Source of the DNA: a virus
Taxonomy: Duplodnaviria; Caudoviricetes
Direction: 5' to 3' (one strand)
DNA length: 64,000 bases
IMG/VR virus record: IMGVR_UViG_2721755486_000001
Coordinates: 64,001 to 128,000 of that record
The notes below the pieces were generated by a model. That model did no database searches. It worked only from the letters and a program-made list of their open reading frames with translations, and was not told the origin of the DNA. Both the position numbers and the translations under genes were made by a program. Each line of letters opens with the position of its first letter. Position 1 is the stretch's first letter. Positions 1-10,006 of the stretch are shown piece by piece.

Positions 1-1340
1 GTGGCCACGTTGTCGATCGGCGCGCTGGTAGCCACGTACAAATCGGCGACCACCTTGTTCCCATCCTTGGACGGGAGGGGTGTGGTGGCTGCAATGGCGA
101 TGATGCGGGCCAGCAGGTCCGCCTCCATGTCCGTCCCGCCACCCGCGCGCATGGTGCTCATGAACACGTTCATAACGTCGGCGCCATACGTGCCGCAAAT
201 CAGCAGCGCGTCCTCGCTGTACTTCAACAACAGTTCGGGTTCGGTGTAGCTGGGATGGTAGATCAAGCGGCGATAGCCCTGGGCGTAGGCGCTCTCGATC
301 GACGGCAAGAAGGGCAGTTGCCGGATCGCTTCTGGCACGTCCCAGTCCTTCGATGGCGTCGAGCGGTGGCGCGCCATGATGCGGGCGGCCGGACCGGCGT
401 GCTCGGTCAGCGCCAATGAGGCCGCCACGAGGTCCATCGCGGAATGTTCGGCGATGACGGCGGACCCGAACAGCAACAAGCCGTTCGTACGTTCGGCGAG
501 CGCATCACGCAAAGGTCCAACGAGCGGCGTCGGCAAAGCGTCGGCGGTTCCCGCCGGCGTGACCGGTTCTATCGTGGGCCATGCTCCGGAGAACGGCACG
601 CGCGCTTGCAACTCGCCCTCGTCGGTGACGACGCCGATCAGTGCCGTTTCTTCGTCCACGTGCCCGTCCCTGGACGTGACCATGAGCCGAACGTCCTCGT
701 GGAGCATCTCGGGCGTCGGGGTGTCGAGCAGTACCGCGACACGATGCCCCGAGTCCAGCGCGTACCGGCAAGCGGTTTCAAGACGGCTCGCAGTTCCATC
801 CCAGGATTGCTGGTCGAGTTCGAGAGGGCCGACCACCAGCAACGTACCGCTGGGCACACGATCCAGGCCGGACGACCAGAGGCCGTATTCGCCCAGGTCG
901 ATGGCGCTGGACCATCCGTTGCCGGCGCGTTCGGCGTAGAGCAGCGCGCCGTCGGTGGCGTCCTCGTACACCTCCAATAGGGCGTCGATCGCCTTCTGGG
1001 AGGTCGCGATATAGACGCCGGGAACGGGACCCGACGGCCAGATCTGCGGGGCCCCGCGGGCGACGACCGCACCGGGCGGCGACAGCGCGACAAGCAACTC
1101 CTGCGGCGACATGTCGACCGCGAAGCGCTTCTTCAGGCGGAACGCCAGGCGGCCGGTTGAGGTGGTGTCCAGCTCGGCGGCGGCGACGCGCTCGGGGAAC
1201 GCCATCACCTCGGGCCAGTTACGAAGCCCGGGCAGCGCTGCGATCAGGTCGAGCGCCTGGCCATGACCAAGGGAGGGGTGCGTGGGCTGCAAAAGGCCGC
1301 GGACGAGCCCGGCCAGCAGCTTCAACTGCTGCGTATCCAT
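1..1340 (-). CDS. Hypothetical protein with glyoxalase-superfamily-like N-terminal motif; 3' end runs off the window
   Basis: Not in the ORF track because no stop lies in the window. Manual translation from ATG 1340 is open to position 1 (MDTQQLKLLAGLVRGLLQPTHPSLGHGQALDLIAALPGLRNWPEV...). GGAG RBS upstream. Confidence 0.7.
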   Translation of the reverse strand, partial: MDTQQLKLLAGLVRGLLQPTHPSLGHGQALDLIAALPGLRNWPEVMAFPERVAAAELDTTSTGRLAFRLKKRFAVDMSPQELLVALSPPGAVVARGAPQIWPSGPVPGVYIATSQKAIDALLEVYEDATDGALLYAERAGNGWSSAIDLGEYGLWSSGLDRVPSGTLLVVGPLELDQQSWDGTASRLETACRYALDSGHRVAVLLDTPTPEMLHEDVRLMVTSRDGHVDEETALIGVVTDEGELQARVPFSGAWPTIEPVTPAGTADALPTPLVGPLRDALAERTNGLLLFGSAVIAEHSAMDLVAASLALTEHAGPAARIMARHRSTPSKDWDVPEAIRQLPFLPSIESAYAQGYRRLIYHPSYTEPELLLKYSEDALLICGTYGADVMNVFMSTMRAGGGTDMEADLLARIIAIAATTPLPSKDGNKVVADLYVATSAPIDNVA

Positions 1341-1554
1341 TGCTTTCTCCAGGGCGGTAAATCCGGTGCACGCTTTGCGGACCGCCCATCGAAAACAAGG
1401 ACTATGGAATGGGGTGGGTGCGGTGGAACATCGTCTTCGTCATGCCCCGGAGGGCGCGTGCGGCAGGCGACGACAGCCTGGGCACACTATAGCAGGAAAA
1501 ATGCGCCCATCCGCACCGCTCAAAGGTGCTCGCGCACGCAACGCCGGCATCGGT

Positions 1555-2835
1555 TCACCGTGCCGTCGGAAGCCCCTCCCACTCGGTCGTGTAGCTGGGC
1601 GTTTTCGCGTTCTGGCTCATGTGCCAAGCCTGGTGACCCTCGACGTTCCCCACCCGCAGGGTCCCGCGTCCGAAGCGATCGTTCACGGCGTCCAGCGCGG
1701 CCATCAGGCGCTCGCGTCGTGGCGCGGGCCCGGCGAACAGGTCGGCTTGCTCCACCGTTCGGTCCGTCAGGTCCAGCAGCATCACCCCCGCCTTGGCGTA
1801 CTTGAAGCCCGGCTTGTACAGGCGGGCCAGGCCGGCCAGCGCGGCCTCCACCAGGCGCAGGGTGTCGCCCACCGGGACGGCGAGCGGCACCACCACCGCG
1901 GCGCTGTACTGCTTGTCCTTTTTGCGAAACGCGGACGTCTGGATGAACACGTGGACCTGGCCCGCCTTTAGCCCCTGGCGTCGCAGGCGCTCGGCCGCGG
2001 TGGCGGCGAAATCCCGCACCGCGATCGACAGGTCCTCCTGGGTCAGCACCGGGTGGCCGAACGACCGGGAGCAGATGATCTGCTTTTGCGGCTGGGCCTC
2101 GGCCTCGAACCCGTAGCAGGCGATCCCGTTCAGCTCGTGCACCGTGCGTTCGAGCACCACCGAGACGGTGGACCGGACGAACGACGGGCTGGCCCGTTTC
2201 AGGTCCAGCGCGGTGGCGATCCCGTCGGCGACCAGGCGCTCCCGCAACCGGCGGCCGACGCCCCAGACCTCGCCGACCTCGACCAGGCCCAGCAACTCGT
2301 CGCGATCGCGCTCCGGTAGCGCGGTCAGGTCGCACACCCCCGACCACGGGCGCCCGACGTTCTTCTTCGCGATGTGGTTGGCCATCTTCGCCAGGGTCTT
2401 CGACGGGGCGATGCCCACGCAGGTCGGAATCCCGATCCAGCGCAGCACGCGCTCGCGCATCAGTTGGCCGTAGACCGTCAGGCTCCCGGCGAGGGTGCCC
2501 ATCCCGGTGAGGTCCACGAAACACTCGTCGATCGAGTAGACCTCCTGCACCGGGCTGAACTGGCCGAGGATGGCCATCATCCGGGCGGACATGTCGGCGT
2601 ACAGGGCGTAGTTGCTGCTCAGCGCGACCAGGCCGGCCTCCTGCACCAGGTGGCGGATCTGGAAGAAGGGCACGCCCATTTTCACGCCCAGGTCCTTGGC
2701 CTCCTGGGACCGTGCCACGGCACAGCCATCGTTGTTCGACAGGACGATGAGCGGGCGCCCCACCAGGTCCGGGCGGAACACCCGCTCGCACGAGCAGTAG
2801 AAGTTGTTCCCGTCGACGAGGGCGAAGGTCGGCAT
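1555..2835 (-). CDS. umuC: Y-family DNA polymerase V catalytic subunit UmuC
   Basis: FALVDGNNFYCSCE, VLSNNDGC, YSIDECF motifs; C-terminal TPSYTTEW; directly downstream of umuD. Confidence 0.95.
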   Translation of the reverse strand: MPTFALVDGNNFYCSCERVFRPDLVGRPLIVLSNNDGCAVARSQEAKDLGVKMGVPFFQIRHLVQEAGLVALSSNYALYADMSARMMAILGQFSPVQEVYSIDECFVDLTGMGTLAGSLTVYGQLMRERVLRWIGIPTCVGIAPSKTLAKMANHIAKKNVGRPWSGVCDLTALPERDRDELLGLVEVGEVWGVGRRLRERLVADGIATALDLKRASPSFVRSTVSVVLERTVHELNGIACYGFEAEAQPQKQIICSRSFGHPVLTQEDLSIAVRDFAATAAERLRRQGLKAGQVHVFIQTSAFRKKDKQYSAAVVVPLAVPVGDTLRLVEAALAGLARLYKPGFKYAKAGVMLLDLTDRTVEQADLFAGPAPRRERLMAALDAVNDRFGRGTLRVGNVEGHQAWHMSQNAKTPSYTTEWEGLPTAR

Positions 2836-2838
2836 GGC

Positions 2839-3288
2839 TCAGGCCCGCACGCGTACCCGGGTGGCGAGCACCTGGCGCAGGTTCCAGGTGACCACGCCCC
2901 ATACGGTCATTTCCTGGGCGTCGGAGAACACGATGGGCGCGTAGGCCGGGTTGGCCGCCACCAGCTTCACGATCCCCCCGCGGCGGTACAGGCGCTTGAC
3001 CGTGAACTCCCCATCGACGCACGCGAGCACGATCAGGCCGTGCTTCGGCTCGATCGAACGGTCCACCACCAGCTTGTCCCCGTCCCAGATCCCGGCCCCG
3101 CTCATGCTGTCGCCCTCGACGTTGAACAGGAAGGTCGACAGCGGGTTGAGGACCAGCACGTCGTTCAGGTCGATGCGACGCTGGGCGTGGTCCTGGGCGG
3201 GGCTGGGGAAGCCCGCCGGCACGCGCGAAAGCGCCTCGACGATGAAAAGAGCGGCCGGGTCCTCGGCGAGGGGGACGGGGTGGTTCAT
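2839..3288 (-). CDS. umuD: DNA polymerase V autoproteolytic subunit UmuD (S24 peptidase)
   Basis: VPAGFPSPAQD cleavage motif, GDSM catalytic Ser, FTVKRL catalytic Lys. Confidence 0.95.
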   Translation of the reverse strand: MNHPVPLAEDPAALFIVEALSRVPAGFPSPAQDHAQRRIDLNDVLVLNPLSTFLFNVEGDSMSGAGIWDGDKLVVDRSIEPKHGLIVLACVDGEFTVKRLYRRGGIVKLVAANPAYAPIVFSDAQEMTVWGVVTWNLRQVLATRVRVRA

Positions 3289-3301
3289 GGTGATGCAAAT
3301 A

Positions 3302-3317
3302 CTGTATGGATATACAG
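3302..3317. promoter_or_regulatory. LexA (SOS) box
   Basis: CTGTATGGATATACAG matches CTG-N10-CAG, 13 bp upstream of the umuD start. Confidence 0.9.
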
Positions 3318-3517
3318 TCTAGCAGGTGAGGTTGCCGTTGGGGAGGTCGACGTGATCGCGACATCCCTGTGGCACCGGGGCTTTTGATTACAATCGTCGG
3401 ACATAGGGTGGGGCTGACGACACGGCTTGGCAGCCCCGCAATGCGTGCCGTTGCGCGAGGGCGGGAGAATCCTGTGCGCTGCGGTGGCGCCCAAAACGAC
3501 AACAGACGGGAGCGGTT

Positions 3518-5368
3518 TTGAGCATTCAAACGGTTTCGGGGTCGCAGTTCGCCAGAATGTTTTGCCTTCGCCCAACGCAATACGCATGGCTTTTGGGGGC
3601 GGGTGCTTCAGCCGCTGCGGGAATCCCCACCGGCTATGCGATGATCACCGACTTCAAAAAGCGGATTTTTTGTGATCTGTCCGGGGCCAAGCTCAAGGAG
3701 GTTGATGCTGACGATCCGCTCTGGATCCAACGCATCGACACGTTCCTTGCGTCACGCTCGGTCCTCCCGCCGCCGAACGATCCCACGGAGTACGCCGCGG
3801 CATTTGAGGCGGTCTACCCAACACCGCAGGACCGGCGAAACTACATCAGCCTGGCGGTGCAAAAGGGCACGCCGTCCTACGCGCACCGGGTGCTTGCAGG
3901 GTTGATCACCACCGGTCGCGTCCCTTGCGTGTTCACGACCAACTTCGACAGCCTAGTGGAAACCGCGGCGACGGTGACCGACCAGCTCGTGGCTCCCGAT
4001 GACCGCGCTAACCTGTCGGTGTCGGGGATCGACAACGCGGAACGTGCGATGCACGCCCTCGGCGAGAGCCGCGCGCTCTTGGCGAAGATCCACGGCGACT
4101 ATCAGTCGGTCAGCCTGAAGAACACCACCGACGAACTGCGTGAGCAGGACGCGCAAATGCGTACGGTCCTGACAAGTGCTTGCGGTCGGTATGGCCTGAT
4201 CGTGGTCGGCTACAGCGGGCGCGACGCTTCCGTGATGAATGCTCTGAACGATGCCCTGGCCCAGCCCACGCCGTACCCCGCGGGGATCCATTGGGTAACC
4301 CGATCGACCGACGGATTGTTGCCGGACGTCCGGGCCTTTCTCGAGGCCGCGGCGGCCAAAGGCGTGCGGGTCACGGTCGTCGAGTGCCAGACGTTCGACG
4401 AGTTGGCGGCAGACATTGCCGATGGTTCGACGTGGCCGCAGCAGCTCGACGCCCACATCGGGTCGTTCGCTCCGCCCAGCGTGGTTAGACCGGTGCCGTT
4501 GCCAACCAAGGAGCACAGCGCTTTCCCCATTCTTCGTTGCTCGGCCATCCCAGTGCTGGAGATGCCGAGGGTGGCGAGGCGCATCACGCTGGAGCGGAGC
4601 GTGACCACGCCGGATGCTCGTCAGATGCTGAGGGACGCCGACGTGTGGGCGATCGTCGCCAGCAGAGGAAAGGAAATAGCCGCGTTCGGGAATGACGAAG
4701 AGCTGGCTCGTGCCTTCGGACCAGCGGGCGGGCGGCTCGACGGTACGGTCAACCTGGCACCCGCCGACGACAGTTGGGCGCTCGGACTGCTATACGACGC
4801 TTTGACGCGAGCCGTCTGCCGAAATCGTCCGCTGAGGGTGCGCTGGCGGCGCAGTGGTCATGCGGTGATGGTTCGAGGTGACTCGGACAAGGAAACGCCG
4901 CAAGCGCGCGAGACGCGGTTGGCCCGGCAGGCCAGACTGCGGAACGCGTATTCGAGCGCGCTATACGGGAAGACGCCTCAGGGGTACCCCTTCCAGGAAG
5001 GGGTAGAGCTTCACCTGGAGCAGGCTGCCGATCGCTGGTGGTTGACGTTCGAGCCGGCCACGTTCGTCGACGTCCCTTATCCCGAACCCGCACAGGATCG
5101 CCCAGACACCGAAACTAGCCTTGACCGTCCGCGCTTCGTCGACCCCACCATCGACTGGCGGCGGGAGCGATGGGCTCAGCGCTACAACCACGTTTGGTCG
5201 GCCATCATCGACGCGTGGGCCGATACGCTGGCGGGCGATGGGAGCCGCGTTCTGCTGACGACGGGCGTTCCCCAGGACGAAGGCATCGACGCCGTGTTCA
5301 AGGTTTCGCCCATCACGGCGTGGAGCCGTCCGAGCCATGAGCATGCGTACTTCCAAAGGAACCAGTGA
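3518..5368 (+). CDS. SIR2-APAZ NADase effector of a short prokaryotic Argonaute system (SPARSA type)
   Basis: WLLGAGAS, TTNFD, KIHGDY and VVGYSGRD SIR2 motifs; long C-terminal region in the APAZ position; stop overlaps the pAgo start (GTGA). Confidence 0.9.
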   Translation: MSIQTVSGSQFARMFCLRPTQYAWLLGAGASAAAGIPTGYAMITDFKKRIFCDLSGAKLKEVDADDPLWIQRIDTFLASRSVLPPPNDPTEYAAAFEAVYPTPQDRRNYISLAVQKGTPSYAHRVLAGLITTGRVPCVFTTNFDSLVETAATVTDQLVAPDDRANLSVSGIDNAERAMHALGESRALLAKIHGDYQSVSLKNTTDELREQDAQMRTVLTSACGRYGLIVVGYSGRDASVMNALNDALAQPTPYPAGIHWVTRSTDGLLPDVRAFLEAAAAKGVRVTVVECQTFDELAADIADGSTWPQQLDAHIGSFAPPSVVRPVPLPTKEHSAFPILRCSAIPVLEMPRVARRITLERSVTTPDARQMLRDADVWAIVASRGKEIAAFGNDEELARAFGPAGGRLDGTVNLAPADDSWALGLLYDALTRAVCRNRPLRVRWRRSGHAVMVRGDSDKETPQARETRLARQARLRNAYSSALYGKTPQGYPFQEGVELHLEQAADRWWLTFEPATFVDVPYPEPAQDRPDTETSLDRPRFVDPTIDWRRERWAQRYNHVWSAIIDAWADTLAGDGSRVLLTTGVPQDEGIDAVFKVSPITAWSRPSHEHAYFQRNQ

Positions 5369-6816
5369 CCATGGACTACAACCTTTCGAAGGCGCCATCG
5401 TTTTCCTTGCTGGACGAGCCGGCCCTCACGTTTAACAGCGAAGACACAGACCTCGACGAGAACCCGCTGCGCGGCCTTTTGCGTTTCGGTGCCTACAACG
5501 GCAAGACGTTCGAGGGCTACACCCCGAAGCTTCGTGTCGCGACAATCGCCCCTGCATCAGGTTGGCCGAAGCTCAAAGGCTTGGTGGACACGATCCGATC
5601 AGGTCACGAGGCGAGCGACCGGCGCAACTACGTGCCGTCGTTCCCCGGATTTGAAAACCTGTTTCGCGTTCCGCTCGTCGCGGGGCCGAAGGACGTGCAC
5701 ATTAAGTGGCCCGACGATCTCATGGCCCTGGCGCGTACTGGGGCGCCCCATGAGCGGTTGTTTTCGGCGATGTCGGAAGCCATGGCGCGTCTCGATGCGT
5801 TGCACGATCAGTTTGATGTCGTCTTGGTACATCTCCCTGATGCGTGGGCAACGGCATTCACGGCCAACGGATTCGACGCCCACGACGCGTTGAAGGCCCT
5901 TGGAGCCCGGTACGCCATCCCAACGCAGGTCATCAACGATCGCGTTTTCACATTCCGGCTCAAGGCGTCGTTGGCCTGGCGCCTGGCCATCGCGCTCTTC
6001 ACCAAGGCGGGCGGCATTCCCTGGAAACTCGCGCCGATGGTCGGTGTACCAGAAGACACGGCCTATATCGGTCTCGCCTACGCGTTGCGCGGGGACCCCA
6101 AGTCCGCGCAGTTCGTCACGTGCTGCTCGCAGGTGTTCGACGCGGACGGCGGTGGCATGCAGTTCGTCGCTTTCGAGGCCAAGGAGCAGGTGGCGGATCC
6201 GCGCGAAGCCAGACGGAACCCGTTTCTCAGTCGGAGCGACATGCGGGCGGTAATGGCACGTAGCCTGAGCCTCTACCTTGGGCGTAATGGTGGACGGCTG
6301 CCGCGACGTCTCGTCGTCCACAAAACGACGTCGTTCAAGGACGAAGAACTCCAAGGCGTTTTCGACGGCCTGTCGACGGTTCCAGAGGTGGAGTGCATCG
6401 AGATCGGCAGCAGCGCCACATGGCGTGGCGTGTGGCTGAAGCAGGGAAAGAAGGGCGGACCCAAAAGTGTGCCTGATCGAGCGCCGGTGCCGCGGGGAAC
6501 TGTCCTCACGCGAACGGACCGGTCGGCGCTGTTGTGGGCATCGGGCAATGCCCCGTCGGCAGCGCTCAGCGGTGCCTTGTTTTTCCAGGGAAGCAAGAGC
6601 ATTCCGCGCCCGCTCAACATCATCCGTCACGCGGGCAGCGGTCCGCTGGAAGTTGCTGCGTTGGAAACCCTCGCGCTGACCAAAATGGACTGGAACAACG
6701 ACGCGTTGTACGACCCGGTTCCGGTGACCATTCGCTATTCGCAACGGCTCGCACGTACCATCGCGAATGTGCCAGATCTTCCGGGGCATGCGTACCCCTA
6801 TCGCCTCTTCATGTGA
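5365..6816 (+). CDS. ago: Short prokaryotic Argonaute (MID-PIWI, catalytically inactive)
   Basis: LDEPALTF N-terminus; MID motifs HDALK, PTQVI, TKAGGIPWKL; PIWI motifs RLVVHK, PRGT, LTKMDWN, PVTIRYS; C-terminal YRLFM. First catalytic Asp replaced (YIGLAY). Confidence 0.93.
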   Translation: MTMDYNLSKAPSFSLLDEPALTFNSEDTDLDENPLRGLLRFGAYNGKTFEGYTPKLRVATIAPASGWPKLKGLVDTIRSGHEASDRRNYVPSFPGFENLFRVPLVAGPKDVHIKWPDDLMALARTGAPHERLFSAMSEAMARLDALHDQFDVVLVHLPDAWATAFTANGFDAHDALKALGARYAIPTQVINDRVFTFRLKASLAWRLAIALFTKAGGIPWKLAPMVGVPEDTAYIGLAYALRGDPKSAQFVTCCSQVFDADGGGMQFVAFEAKEQVADPREARRNPFLSRSDMRAVMARSLSLYLGRNGGRLPRRLVVHKTTSFKDEELQGVFDGLSTVPEVECIEIGSSATWRGVWLKQGKKGGPKSVPDRAPVPRGTVLTRTDRSALLWASGNAPSAALSGALFFQGSKSIPRPLNIIRHAGSGPLEVAALETLALTKMDWNNDALYDPVPVTIRYSQRLARTIANVPDLPGHAYPYRLFM

Positions 6817-6821
6817 CTGCT

Positions 6822-7595
6822 ATGTCGAGCCTGACCTCACGTGATCGCCGTTGCCTAGAACCGTTCCTCGACATGGGCAGCGGTCTCGTGCTCAACTTTT
6901 CCGACCGAACGATGGGTGAGTTCTTCCAGGAACAGGTTGGCCTCAACATCTACGACGAGAAGTACCAGTTCAAAGGCACGTCCAAGGCCAAGCGGATGCG
7001 TGCCTTCTGGGAGCTGGAGTCCGACCACACGGTCGCTCGGGCGCTCGACGCGCTGATCGAATGGGGTGAGGAGTTTCGATGCTTGCCGGACGACCCGCAA
7101 CAGCGGGCCGCCGTCGAGGCGATCATTGCCCGGCTGAAACTCAGCAGTCCGGTCCCCGAGGTTGACGCCTTTACGGCGAGCGTCAACGCTCTGGACTTCA
7201 CCGCTGCGGCGAAGCACATTCGGGCCGCGATCGAGGCGAACGAGCCCGCCACGGCTTTGGACCGCGTACACGTCTTCATGATGAAGTTCTTGCGGACGCT
7301 CTGCGAGCGACGCGGCATTGCCGTCACGCGCGAGAAACCGTTGCACAGCCTGATGGGTGAGTACGTGAAGCACCTGCGTGGCTCCGGTCAGATCGAAAGC
7401 GAAATGACCGAGCGGATCCTCAAGACCAGCATCTCGACCCTGGAAGCGATGAACGCGGTTCGCAACGACCAAAGCCTGGCGCACGACAATCCCATGCTGA
7501 ATCACGACGAGGCCGTTCTGATCGTCAGCCACATCGGTGGCCTTGTCCGTTTTCTCAAAACCATCGAAGCGAAGACCCAGGCCAGCCAGTCATGA
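6822..7595 (+). CDS. Abortive-infection family protein (AbiJ-like N-terminus, Abi_C/HEPN C-terminus)
   Basis: GLVLNFSDRT and GTSKAKRMRAFW N-terminal motifs; RNDQSLAHDN HEPN-type motif; ATG 5 bp after the pAgo stop. Confidence 0.8.
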   Translation: MSSLTSRDRRCLEPFLDMGSGLVLNFSDRTMGEFFQEQVGLNIYDEKYQFKGTSKAKRMRAFWELESDHTVARALDALIEWGEEFRCLPDDPQQRAAVEAIIARLKLSSPVPEVDAFTASVNALDFTAAAKHIRAAIEANEPATALDRVHVFMMKFLRTLCERRGIAVTREKPLHSLMGEYVKHLRGSGQIESEMTERILKTSISTLEAMNAVRNDQSLAHDNPMLNHDEAVLIVSHIGGLVRFLKTIEAKTQASQS

Positions 7596-8113
7596 CCACC
7601 CAGAAGACCTCCAAACGCGGCGAGTTCAACCCCAACTGGCCAGTGCCCGACGATTACCTGCTCGAACTCGGGCGCATGGTGAGCGTGTGGGGCTCCCTCG
7701 AATCGACGACGGCGGTCGCGATCTCGAAACTGGCCGGCTACGAGTCGCCGACCGACATCCGCGCGTTGGCGATGGTGGCGCACAGCAACTTCCAGCAGCG
7801 GGTGGACATCGTAAGCTCCCTGTGTGGGCAGCTCGTGGATCAGGTGCCTCATTTAAAGGACTACGAGGCCGTCATCAAGAAGGTACGGGCGGCCCAGGCG
7901 GGGCGCAACAAGTACGCGCACAACGCGCTTTCTCTGGACGAGGATGGTCTGGTTCACATCGCATACATGTCGGCCCGCGGCACCTTCAAGACCAACGTTG
8001 AGATCGTGCGGGTCGCCGACATCAAGGAGGTCACCGCCAAGATCCACGAAGCGGCGGTGGCGCTGCATGGATTGATCACCAATACCGCAACCAAACCCAT
8101 GTGGGAGCGCTGA
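7592..8113 (+). CDS. Putative HEPN-domain protein
   Basis: LGRMVSVWGSLE helix and RNKYAH (R-x4-H); ATGA overlap with the upstream gene. Confidence 0.65.
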   Translation: MTTQKTSKRGEFNPNWPVPDDYLLELGRMVSVWGSLESTTAVAISKLAGYESPTDIRALAMVAHSNFQQRVDIVSSLCGQLVDQVPHLKDYEAVIKKVRAAQAGRNKYAHNALSLDEDGLVHIAYMSARGTFKTNVEIVRVADIKEVTAKIHEAAVALHGLITNTATKPMWER

Positions 8114-8152
8114 GCGCAGGTTGGGCAACAGCGTTGGCGGCTTGGGCGGAGG

Positions 8153-8869
8153 TCATCGGCGTTTGCTCAAGCGCAGCGTTCGAAGGCAGCGCCTCCACCA
8201 GGCCCTCTTCGGGTAGGGGGCCGGCAGGTTGCGGAAGCGGAAGGGGGTCCCGCTCTCGGGGGCTTCCAGGAAGATCCGCAACCCGATGTTGCCTGGGCGC
8301 GGGTCCGTCTCCTCGAAGATCCGCTCGAAGTCCGCCTGCGCCACCGGGTCCGGGCGACCGTCGGGCCACTTCGCGAACGCGTGGACGATGACCGCCGAAT
8401 GCGGTTCGATCCCGCCGGTGCGCTGGGCCCGGGGGACGGCGACGGGTTCGCGGTAATAGGTCGGCTGGTGGTACGCGTCGCCTTGGAGCGCGAGGTAGAA
8501 CAGGTTGCGCCAGTGCTCCTCGTGGTCGTCGGCGATCCGGCGGTGGACCTTCACGCCGATCTCGCGCTTCAGCGCCTTGTACGTTTCCAGGTTGCGGGCG
8601 GCCGTCAGCCAGTTCAACCGGTTGGGCGGGACCGGGGCGGTCTGGGTGCCGTCAACGGTCAGGGCGTTGTACGCGCGTTCGAGCGCTCGCACGGCCTGGT
8701 CGAGCAGCGCCGCGCTTTTCTGGTAGCGCAACGGGCGGGTGATGGCGAAGACCGAGATGAGCACGGTCACCACCGGCACGGCACCGGCCAGCAGCCGCAG
8801 CTCGCCTTCGGTGAGGTGCTCGATGAACGACATCACCGCCGTCCACGTGTGCGACAACCACGCGATCAT
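8153..8869 (-). CDS. Hypothetical protein with one N-terminal transmembrane segment
   Basis: ATG 8869 overlaps the upstream TGA; hydrophobic LLAGAVPVVTVLISVFAI; PNRLNWLTAAR segment. Confidence 0.6.
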   Translation of the reverse strand: MIAWLSHTWTAVMSFIEHLTEGELRLLAGAVPVVTVLISVFAITRPLRYQKSAALLDQAVRALERAYNALTVDGTQTAPVPPNRLNWLTAARNLETYKALKREIGVKVHRRIADDHEEHWRNLFYLALQGDAYHQPTYYREPVAVPRAQRTGGIEPHSAVIVHAFAKWPDGRPDPVAQADFERIFEETDPRPGNIGLRIFLEAPESGTPFRFRNLPAPYPKRAWWRRCLRTLRLSKRR

Positions 8870-9711
8870 GCCCGACCTCCGGGTGCGGGCACGCTCAGCG
8901 CGACGGGCGCGAGGTCCACGCTCAGGCGGTACTCCATGAGCTGAACGCGCGGGGCGACCTTGCCGGCGTATTTCAGCTTGTCGGAGATCGAGTTCGCCAC
9001 GATCACCCCGGACACGGTCTTGCCCTTGGCCACGTGGTGCTCGATCCACCCCATGTAGCGCTGCACCTGACCCAGCGCGGCGTCCGGCCCCCGGCCCAGC
9101 TTCAGCTCGAACACCACGAAGTTCCCCTCGCGATCCAGGAACACGAGGTCGGCGGGCCCGCAATCGGTCTGGTACTCCACGCCGTCCCGTCCGTCGGCGT
9201 CGACGAACAGGGTGAGGGGGCCGTGCGTGGTGGTGCTGGGCGGGTTCCGCGCCAGGTAGTCCCGCAGGTGGCTCTCGAGCGCGAACGCTCCACCGCCGAA
9301 CCCATCGTCCACCGGCTCGGCGGTGTCGATGTCGGGCGTGGCGGGCACCTCTTCGGTGGAGTCGTCCACGCGGCGGACCTTCAACCCCTCGGGGGTCTCC
9401 TCGATCGACCACAGGCCGTGCTTGTCAGGGTCGTACCAGACGACCTTGCCGCGCCCGGTGGCGTAGAGGAAGTCGTACGGCCCGTTGGCCAGGCGGGGTT
9501 TCTTGTTCTCCGGGTAGTGCACCCGGCTCGGGCGGTTGACCGTGCAGATGACGATCTGACAGTTCACCGTTCCCACGTTCAGGTCGGGGTAGTCCTGAGC
9601 CAGGATCTGCCGGATCTCGGCGTTGCTGATCTCACGGCCCAGGCCGAGCGGCTTCACCGCGTCGCGGATCAGTTGCCAGATGGGCGGGCGGTTGGTGGGG
9701 GTGGTGCTCAC
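8866..9711 (-). CDS. NucS/EndoMS-like PD-(D/E)XK endonuclease with N-terminal winged-helix-like domain
   Basis: FALESHLRDYL, GVEYQT, ADLVFLD...VVFELK, GQVQRYMGW motifs; GTG start at 9711. Confidence 0.8.
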   Translation of the reverse strand: MSTTPTNRPPIWQLIRDAVKPLGLGREISNAEIRQILAQDYPDLNVGTVNCQIVICTVNRPSRVHYPENKKPRLANGPYDFLYATGRGKVVWYDPDKHGLWSIEETPEGLKVRRVDDSTEEVPATPDIDTAEPVDDGFGGGAFALESHLRDYLARNPPSTTTHGPLTLFVDADGRDGVEYQTDCGPADLVFLDREGNFVVFELKLGRGPDAALGQVQRYMGWIEHHVAKGKTVSGVIVANSISDKLKYAGKVAPRVQLMEYRLSVDLAPVALSVPAPGGRA

Positions 9712-10006
9712 GGCTCGGGTCCCTCGCGTTGGTCTTGTCGCTGGGCGCCACGCCCAGGCAGGCACCGATTGAACCACGTCGCATCGTGCGGGCACCAGCG
9801 GAAAAGTGTTGCTCTCGGTCGCTGCGCGAACCACCCCCGGGGCTGGAGGCCCGGGCGGGGACAACCGGTGCTGACGCCGATGAGGCCGCAGGCGGGGTTC
9901 GTGCGCAGGAGCCCCCGGCTCCGAGGTCTTGCACGGGACACCGTCGACCCGGACGGAAGAGGGGTGCCGTTGCACCCCTTAGCCCCGCGCCCGGCGAACC
10001 GCTGGG

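Noticed and set aside
1520-3580. 686-aa ORF and many other long Arg/Gly/Pro-rich alternative-frame or antisense ORFs (for example 10181..12583, 58509..61145)
   Set aside because: Shadow ORFs typical of high-GC DNA that overlap well-supported genes
6534-6821. N-terminal extension of the Abi gene into pAgo
   Set aside because: It overlaps the pAgo C-terminus; family-like sequence starts at ATG 6822
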